Sequence record: SRR31156797_1270
Direction: 5' to 3' (one strand)
DNA: 43,864 nucleotides
This document shows, in pieces, positions 37,401 through 43,864 of this stretch. Numbering within the stretch: the stretch's first letter is position 1; every line of letters begins with the position of its first letter. Below the pieces are notes generated by a model. It was not told where the DNA came from and did not search any database. It saw only the letters and a list, made by a program, of their open reading frames with translations. Both the position numbers and the translations under genes were made by a program.

Positions 37401-38837
37401 ATGCACTTTGATGTTTTGTTGAAAGAATTCAATATCGTTGATGGTTCAGGACAACCATGTGCAGTATCCGATGTTGGAATCATCGGCGATAGAATTTGTA
37501 AAATAGGAAACTTAGCTGATAGCACAGGCGAGTTCACTATTGAGGGTAAAGGTCGATACTTAGCACCGGGCTTTATCGATGTGCATACGCACGATGATAC
37601 CAACGTGATCAGTCATCCGGACATGCTACCCAAAATCAGCCAAGGGGTAACTACGGTAATCGTTGGCAATTGTGGAATTAGCGCATCTCCGGTGACCATT
37701 CAAACCGAGCCACCTGATCCGATGAACTTGCTGGGTGATAAGGAGAGTTTTCAGTACGCAACATTTGAACAATATGCGCAAGCCGTTGAACGAGCCGAAC
37801 CTCGGGTTAACGTTGGCGCCCTGATTGGACATACGTCTCTCAGACAAAACCATATGGATGATTTGTTTAGAGCCGCGACAGACAACGAAATTGAGTTAAT
37901 GAAGGTTCAACTCCGAGCATCCATGGAGCAAGGTGCACTTGGTTTGAGTACAGGACTTGCTTATGCTTCAGCTTACGAGGCACCAACCGAAGAAGTTAAG
38001 CGGTTATCGGAAGAACTTTCAGAGTTCAATGGACTGTATGCGACACATTTAAGATCTGAGTTTGATGACATACTCGATGCGATGGAAGAAGCGTTTGAAG
38101 TTGGTCGCCATAGCAAAGTGCCCGTTCTGATCTCTCACCATAAGTGTGCTGGCAAAGCGAACTGGGGTAGAACAAAGGAAACACTCGGGGTTTTAGAACG
38201 AGTTGGTCAGAAACAGTCCGTAAGTTGTGACTGTTACCCATACTCGGCAAGCTCTTCGACCTTAGATCTGGGACAGGTCACCGAAGATTTCGACATTATT
38301 GTCTCTTGGTCAAAGCCAGAACCGGATCAAGGTGGCAGAAAGTTAAAAGAGATTGCTAACGACTGGGGAGTTTCATTGATAGAAGCGGCGAAACGGCTCC
38401 AGCCAGCCGGTGCGGTCTATCATAATATGAGTGAAGACGATGTTAGTCGGGTGCTAAAGTTTCCGAAAACCATGATAGGTTCAGATGGATTACCGAATGA
38501 TCCGCTACCTCATCCACGTTTATGGGGAACATTCCCGAGAGTCATTGGCCACTACTGCCGAGATAAAAAACTATTTTCTCTAGAGGCGGCAATTAAAAAA
38601 ATGACACACTTGTCTGCCACTCAGTTTGGATTGTTAAATAGAGGATTAATTAAAGAAAACTATTACGCTGACTTAGTTATATTCGATTATAAAAATATAA
38701 AAGATGTCGCTTCATTTGTTAATCCAAAACAAAAAAGCAACGGCATTGACTATGTAATAGTTAATGGAGAAATAACATATAAAAATAAACAATTAACATC
38801 TTCTAAATCAGGAAGATTTATCTACAGAAATAAATAA
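37401..38837 (+). CDS. N-acyl-D-amino-acid deacylase family amidohydrolase (OngB-like)
   Basis: PGFIDVHTHDD, GNCG, THLR, SHHK, GSDG, HPRLWGTFPRVIG motifs. Confidence 0.9.
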   Translation: MHFDVLLKEFNIVDGSGQPCAVSDVGIIGDRICKIGNLADSTGEFTIEGKGRYLAPGFIDVHTHDDTNVISHPDMLPKISQGVTTVIVGNCGISASPVTIQTEPPDPMNLLGDKESFQYATFEQYAQAVERAEPRVNVGALIGHTSLRQNHMDDLFRAATDNEIELMKVQLRASMEQGALGLSTGLAYASAYEAPTEEVKRLSEELSEFNGLYATHLRSEFDDILDAMEEAFEVGRHSKVPVLISHHKCAGKANWGRTKETLGVLERVGQKQSVSCDCYPYSASSSTLDLGQVTEDFDIIVSWSKPEPDQGGRKLKEIANDWGVSLIEAAKRLQPAGAVYHNMSEDDVSRVLKFPKTMIGSDGLPNDPLPHPRLWGTFPRVIGHYCRDKKLFSLEAAIKKMTHLSATQFGLLNRGLIKENYYADLVIFDYKNIKDVASFVNPKQKSNGIDYVIVNGEITYKNKQLTSSKSGRFIYRNK

Positions 38838-38851
38838 ATACTGAGGTTAAT

Positions 38852-39238
38852 ATGTCAATTATTCGTTATGGCAGTACTGGTGGCACTGGTACTGGTGGTC
38901 AACATTTACCTTTTTCTAGCGCGGTCGAAGCTGGTGGCTGGTTATATGTATCCGGTCAAACACCAATGACAGACGGTGAAATAGTCGAAGGTGGTATTAT
39001 TGAACAGTCCGAACTGGCTATCAACAACTGCTTAAATATAATGAAGGAAGCAGATTATGGTCTAGAAGATGTTGTCCATGTAAAAGTGGTACTAACAGAT
39101 GCACGTTATTTCCAATCCTTCAACAAAGTATTTAAAGCAATATTTGGTGACAACCCACCAGCACGAATTTGTATGGTTGCTGACTTAGTGGTTGATTGTA
39201 AAGTAGAAGTAGACGTCACTTGTTTTAAATCTCGATAA
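38852..39238 (+). CDS. Rid (RidA/YjgF) family enamine/imine deaminase
   Basis: LYVSGQ, FN-VF, PPAR (catalytic Arg), KVEVD. Confidence 0.9.
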   Translation: MSIIRYGSTGGTGTGGQHLPFSSAVEAGGWLYVSGQTPMTDGEIVEGGIIEQSELAINNCLNIMKEADYGLEDVVHVKVVLTDARYFQSFNKVFKAIFGDNPPARICMVADLVVDCKVEVDVTCFKSR

Positions 39239-39274
39239 ACATTGATTAAGGATAGATACACAGAAGGAGTCTGT

Positions 39275-39811
39275 ATGTGTAGCTTTAAAGATAATATATC
39301 TACGGTTAGTCAAAAAATAAATAAAGTAAACAGCTTCTTTGTTGGAATACTGGTAGCACTACTTATTTTAGATGTTTGGTTAGCGGTTTTAGACAGATAT
39401 ATATTCCACTGGCAATTATCATGGGTTGAAGAGTTAGCTCGATACATAATGATATGGGCGATTTTATTAGCGGTTCCCTGTTGTACGGCTAATAAAGAAC
39501 ATATGGGGCTAGGATTTGTTGTAAACAATTTCTCCGCTTCCGTTCAGCGTGCAATAAAAATATTCATGGGTTTACTATTTGTTCTTTTTTTCACATACAT
39601 CGCGTACGCAGGTATCGCTTTTGTGCAGAAAGGTGCAAGTCAATACTCAAGTATATTTGGCATTCCTATGTCTTATGCCTATGCAGCGATACCCGTCACT
39701 TTTCTGCTCAGTGCACTGCAGGCTTTTCTCATCGTGATCCAAGACATTCTTGATATGTGTAGTAAAAACAGCGTACACCTATCATCAAACAACATGGAGA
39801 AGAAAGCATGA
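39275..39811 (+). CDS. dctQ: TRAP transporter small permease
   Basis: RY...WVEELARY...EHM motif, 4 TM; start ATG 39275 with AAGGAG RBS. Confidence 0.88.
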   Translation: MCSFKDNISTVSQKINKVNSFFVGILVALLILDVWLAVLDRYIFHWQLSWVEELARYIMIWAILLAVPCCTANKEHMGLGFVVNNFSASVQRAIKIFMGLLFVLFFTYIAYAGIAFVQKGASQYSSIFGIPMSYAYAAIPVTFLLSALQAFLIVIQDILDMCSKNSVHLSSNNMEKKA

Positions 39812-41085
39812 TCGTAGCAGCAGCATTCTTATTTCTTCTCCTTTTTGGAGCTCCTATCGCTCTCGCTTTAGGGGCCGCTGGACTCATTGGGATTTATGAC
39901 ATGGGTGGATTACATTTCACCTCCATCGCTCCCAGTAAGATTTTTAATGGACTCAATATTTTCCCTTTCCTCGCCATGCCTTTTTTCATCCTGGCTGGGG
40001 AAATCATGAATCACACAGGGATCACTGGTAGATTAGTCCAACTCGCCCAAGCTTTGGTTGGTCACTTCCGAGGAGGACTGGCACACTCCAACATGCTGGC
40101 CTCTGTATTCTTCGCTGGCATTACTGGGTCAGCAACAGCCGATGCTGCTGCGTTTGGTCGAACTCTGGTACCCGCCATGGAGAAACAAGGCTATACACGA
40201 TCGTACGCTTGTGCGGTTACTGCGGCAGGTTCCATTATAGGGCCAACCATTCCTCCATCTGGTCTAATGGTTGTTTATGGCTCTTTGATGGGTGTGTCTA
40301 TCGGTGGCTTATTTGCTACGGGTATATTGCCCGGTTTGCTCGTGTGTGCGGTTTGTGTGGCTATTATTGCAGCAACAGGTAAAAAGAAAAACTTACCTAA
40401 AGCAAACAAACGAGCCAGTCTAAAGGAAATATACGCTCACTTTAAAGGTTCAATTTTAGCGCTATTAATGCCTCTCATTATTTTAGGTGGGATTGTATTT
40501 GGTATCGTTACTCCAACTGAAGCAGCATCTATCGCCGTCGCATACGCTATTTTTGTTGGTAGAGTTATTTATAACAATTTGAATTTTACTGCACTATTTA
40601 ACATGATGATAAAAACGGCACAAATATCCGCTGTTATTTATTTAATCATTGGTGCGGCTTCTATTTTAGGTTGGTGGTTGAGTTTCAACCAGATTCCACA
40701 ACAAATTGCTCAGGTGTTTTTGGAATTTTCCAACAACCCTAATGTCATCCTGTTCTTAATTATATCCCTGCTGCTGATTGTCGGTATGATTATGGATATC
40801 AATGTAATGCTAATCATTTTAGCGCCTATATTAGTACCCATTACTCAGCAATTAGGCATGGACCCTTTACATGCAGGCATCGTTTTTGTATTGGCTTTAA
40901 ATATATCGCTGATGACGCCGCCAATTGGAGCATGTTTATTTGTTCTGTCCTCTGTGACTGAAACACGGTTAGAAAGTATTTCAAAAGATTTATTACCATT
41001 TCTTCTTGGCGAACTTGCGTTGCTATTTTTCATCGCATATTCACCTGAAGTCACTTTATTTATACCTAGGCTGTTAGGGTATTAA
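39808..41085 (+). CDS. dctM: TRAP transporter large permease
   Basis: LAMPFFILAG, GITGSATAD, IPPS, TPTEAA, MTPPIG. Confidence 0.93.
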   Translation: MIVAAAFLFLLLFGAPIALALGAAGLIGIYDMGGLHFTSIAPSKIFNGLNIFPFLAMPFFILAGEIMNHTGITGRLVQLAQALVGHFRGGLAHSNMLASVFFAGITGSATADAAAFGRTLVPAMEKQGYTRSYACAVTAAGSIIGPTIPPSGLMVVYGSLMGVSIGGLFATGILPGLLVCAVCVAIIAATGKKKNLPKANKRASLKEIYAHFKGSILALLMPLIILGGIVFGIVTPTEAASIAVAYAIFVGRVIYNNLNFTALFNMMIKTAQISAVIYLIIGAASILGWWLSFNQIPQQIAQVFLEFSNNPNVILFLIISLLLIVGMIMDINVMLIILAPILVPITQQLGMDPLHAGIVFVLALNISLMTPPIGACLFVLSSVTETRLESISKDLLPFLLGELALLFFIAYSPEVTLFIPRLLGY

Positions 41086-41134
41086 CCATCGTAAATATAA
41101 AAAATATTAATATATTAAATGGAGCATTAATATT

Positions 41135-42187
41135 ATGAAAAAGATAACAACTACACTGATAGCAACGGCAATTCTATCCTGTACCGTATCCACATCAGCA
41201 TTTGCGGAAAAGATATTGCGATTTGGTCACGACAACAAAGCCGATATTTTTGAAAACCCAGCTCATGCATTTACTGGCGTTTTTAAAAGTGTTGTAGAAA
41301 CGGCAACCAATGGTGAAATAAAAGTTCAAATTTATCCAAGTAACCAGCTTGGATCGGCGAAGGAACATATCCAGCTAGTACGAGACGGTCAACTTCAGGC
41401 GACGCTTTCGTCTGTCGGCGCTCTAGCGAGCTACTACCCTCGAATCGGCGTACTTGATATCCCATTCGCTTTCGATAGTAACAATGCTACATACCAAGTA
41501 TTGGATGGAAAATTTGGTCAAACCTTAGCTTCGGACATTGAATCAGAACTTGGTGACGTACGCGTACTTGGTTTCCCTGATACGGGCGGCTTTTTCTCAT
41601 TCACTAACTCGAAGAAGCAAATCAGCAGCTTAGAAGATTTTGAAGGGCTACGCATCCGTACGATGACCCTACCTACGCACCAAGCGTTAGTGAAATCACT
41701 CGGCTCTGAAGCTTATCCGTTAGCTTGGGGTGAGGTCTACTCATCGCTGCAAACTGGCGTAATTGATGGACAAATGAACCCACTTCCAACCATCCTATTT
41801 GCCAAATTCAACGAAGTACAGAAATACGTAACGTTAACCAACCACTTGTTTGCACCGTATACTTTCATGTTAAACAAAGACTTCTACGATTCGTTGACAG
41901 CAGAAGAGAAGAAAATCATTCACGATGCGACTCGTATCGCGTTGAGTGCCAACCGTGGTTTGTCACGTCTTATTGAAGCTTCCGACGATCGAGGTTTAGC
42001 GGGAATTAAAAAAGTGATGGATGTGAAAGCCCTTACTTCTTCAGAGCGTGAGCAAATGAAGAAAGCCACACAGCCAAAAGTGGAAGCGGTAATCAAAGAA
42101 TCCCTAGGCGAGAAAGGCACTGAGTTAATGGATCTGTTCCTTGAAGAAGTCGACAAGGCGAACAAAAACTCAGCCTATTTCGAGTAA
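41135..42187 (+). CDS. dctP: TRAP substrate-binding protein (DctP family)
   Basis: Signal peptide ...SAFA; YPSNQLG, LRIRTM (Arg), EVYSSLQTGVIDGQMNP. Confidence 0.92.
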   Translation: MKKITTTLIATAILSCTVSTSAFAEKILRFGHDNKADIFENPAHAFTGVFKSVVETATNGEIKVQIYPSNQLGSAKEHIQLVRDGQLQATLSSVGALASYYPRIGVLDIPFAFDSNNATYQVLDGKFGQTLASDIESELGDVRVLGFPDTGGFFSFTNSKKQISSLEDFEGLRIRTMTLPTHQALVKSLGSEAYPLAWGEVYSSLQTGVIDGQMNPLPTILFAKFNEVQKYVTLTNHLFAPYTFMLNKDFYDSLTAEEKKIIHDATRIALSANRGLSRLIEASDDRGLAGIKKVMDVKALTSSEREQMKKATQPKVEAVIKESLGEKGTELMDLFLEEVDKANKNSAYFE

Positions 42188-42238
42188 GGCGTTCATCGCT
42201 TAAATAATTTTAAGGCGTACATTACCCCTTAAACGATC

Positions 42239-42277
42239 GAGCCAATGGTTATCCTCCCCAACTATTGGCTCTTTTTT
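42239..42277 (+). terminator. Rho-independent terminator of the RpiR-deacylase-TRAP operon
   Basis: GAGCCAATGGTT-N9-AACTATTGGCTC followed by TTTTTT. Confidence 0.8.
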
Positions 42278-42346
42278 CTACCCTTAAAGCGGCTCCTTTA
42301 AACTACCGCTTAAGAAAGCGTTATCGATATTTCTTCACCAGCACGT

Positions 42347-43738
42347 TTACTCGTTAAAACAGCTCCTGTCTCTGGATTTATCAATCAGTTCAATCAATGT
42401 TTGGAGTGAAACTTTTATCTCATCACTCAAGTTGTAGCCGATATTGATACGAACACAATCACTATATCTATTCGATTCAGTAAACACAGAGCCTACCCGA
42501 ATGTCTAGGTTCGCTTTATAGGCTGCGCTGGCTAGCATTTCTGAGTTTAAGCCCGCCACCTGTATCCACAGAACTAATCCGCCATCTGGTTGAGTAATTC
42601 TGCTTTCAGACGGTAACCTCTCAGCTAAAAACCTCGTATAGTCGAGTTTATTCTCCGACAGCCTTTGTCGGGTGCGTTTTAAATGTCGGTTGTAAGCTCC
42701 AGTATTAATAAAATCGGCAATTGCTGTCTGTATGAGTGTCGCCACGCCTTCATACTGACGTTTATAGCGACTCAGAAATTTGCCTGGACGACACCAGCCT
42801 AAACGATAGCTGGGTGACAATGTTTTAGACAATGACCCGCACCAAATGACATAGCCACTGTCATCATAATAAGCAGTCGGTAAATGTAACTGTTCGGAAT
42901 GATTTAGCTCGAAGTAAACATCATCTTCAATAACTGGAATTTGGTAATCTCTCGCAAGTGCCGCCAGACGTTGCTTTTGGCTTGCTGACATAGTGATTCC
43001 CTGCGGGTTCATATGCGTTGTACAAAACAAACCCGCCTGGACGTGTTTCGTTTTAAAGATTTCTTCCAGCGCATCTAAATCAATGCCTTCTTGCACAGAA
43101 GGGATTTCAATCACTTTTAACTCTAAGTTTGATAGTAAATCGAGAAGTCCGTTAAAGCACGGAGAGCTTACCGCAACCGTATTACCGCGCTGAGTACACA
43201 TAAGTAATGCGTTTTTCACTGCATCCATGCAACCATGAGTAATCACGATTTCATCAGGGTGAAGTGAAAAACCTACCTGACAGAGGTGGCTGGCTAAAGC
43301 CTCTCTCAGCGATGGTTCTCCCTGCTTATCCGGATACTGAGGTAGGCCAATATTTGGCTGATTCATCGCTCGGCGAAAGCTATTATCCAAAGCTCTTTGG
43401 GCAGTAATGTCTATTTCTGTGCAAGCAATGCCTAAGGGGCCCGTTTCTACGACATTCTCCATGCTAGGTCTGCAGGGCGTTGTAACTTGAGTAGCAAATG
43501 TTTGCCAACAAGGTGTATCGACAGGTGGAATTGGACAACTAACATAGAAGCCCGATTGCGGTCTGGCGGTTATCCACCCTCGTAATTCGAGTTCCTCATA
43601 GCAACTCACTGCAGTAGAAACACTGACTCCATGTTGCTTGGCGAATAAACGCAGAGAAAGCATGCGGTCGCCATGCTTAAGCTTAGCGCTCTGAATATCC
43701 TCAATAATTCTCTCAGCTAACTGTTTGTATTTCTGCAT
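42347..43738 (-). CDS. MocR/GntR-family regulator (wHTH plus PLP aminotransferase-like domain)
   Basis: SLR..AKQHGVSVSTAV..Y..LE..G.I.ARPQSGFYV; IEDDVY; GSLSKT (PLP Lys) and RLGW. Confidence 0.92.
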   Translation of the reverse strand: MQKYKQLAERIIEDIQSAKLKHGDRMLSLRLFAKQHGVSVSTAVSCYEELELRGWITARPQSGFYVSCPIPPVDTPCWQTFATQVTTPCRPSMENVVETGPLGIACTEIDITAQRALDNSFRRAMNQPNIGLPQYPDKQGEPSLREALASHLCQVGFSLHPDEIVITHGCMDAVKNALLMCTQRGNTVAVSSPCFNGLLDLLSNLELKVIEIPSVQEGIDLDALEEIFKTKHVQAGLFCTTHMNPQGITMSASQKQRLAALARDYQIPVIEDDVYFELNHSEQLHLPTAYYDDSGYVIWCGSLSKTLSPSYRLGWCRPGKFLSRYKRQYEGVATLIQTAIADFINTGAYNRHLKRTRQRLSENKLDYTRFLAERLPSESRITQPDGGLVLWIQVAGLNSEMLASAAYKANLDIRVGSVFTESNRYSDCVRINIGYNLSDEIKVSLQTLIELIDKSRDRSCFNE

Positions 43739-43744
43739 GGCATT

Positions 43745-43793
43745 AAATTGTACTGGTTTGTATTTATAAAATTGTATCTGTACTGATTGTATT
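43745..43793. promoter_or_regulatory. Candidate MocR binding repeats in the divergent promoter
   Basis: TGTACTGGTTTGTATT (43749-43764) and TGTACTGATTGTATT (43779-43793) direct repeats 30 bp apart; AAATTGTA occurs twice. Confidence 0.55.
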
Positions 43794-43838
43794 GCTCAAG
43801 TAATACTCTGAACATAATTCAGCCATCAGGAAACTATC

Positions 43839-43864
43839 ATGCAGGGAAAACATTTATTGCTCGT
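43839..43864 (+). CDS. 5' end of a divergent gene (MQGKHLLL...), possibly a membrane exporter targeted by the MocR regulator
   Basis: AGGA RBS, ATG at 43839, hydrophobic start; truncated by the window edge. The exporter guess rests only on typical MocR gene context. Confidence 0.45.

Noticed and set aside
1539-43193. Numerous 60-180-aa antisense or alternate-frame ORFs (e.g. 9341-9811, 12186-12632, 21125-21496, 35213-35758)
   Set aside because: Nearly all lie within well-supported genes and show no recognisable motifs; typical shadow ORFs.
1-43864. tRNA/rRNA, CRISPR, integron attC, transposase, integrase, prophage or anti-phage defence genes
   Set aside because: None recognised; all long ORFs are accounted for by metabolic, transport or regulatory families and intergenic gaps are short.

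Overview
Gene-dense gammaproteobacterial chromosomal segment, most likely Vibrionaceae (napC followed by the short Vibrio-type nap-associated membrane peptide). It is dominated by nutrient-scavenging modules. In order: (1) the end of the nap operon, then an RND pump with no outer-membrane factor gene; (2) a TRAP(PQM)-GH105-RhaS-like locus for unsaturated uronyl-rhamnose oligosaccharides, whose promoter shows candidate CRP, RhaS and KdgR sites; (3) a 13-gene urtABCDE-ureDABCEFG-ureJ urea uptake/urease operon, divergent from a transporter-like hybrid histidine kinase (NCS1/permease-like domain, 8-Cys motif, HisKA, HATPase, REC) and a REC-LuxR regulator; (4) a U32 Fe-S hydroxylase-like gene with an FNR-like site, yceB, a degenerate-GGDEF/EAL protein, an MCP and chrA; (5) an RpiR, N-acyl-D-amino-acid deacylase, Rid, TRAP and PLP-deaminase cluster resembling the ong pathway for oxidised chitin sugar, with twin palindromic operators; (6) a MocR regulator. 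No rRNA, tRNA, CRISPR, prophage or intact IS was seen. The best candidate for an under-described system is the putative urea/amide 'transceptor' two-component system. All family assignments come from motif recognition by eye, not from database searches.
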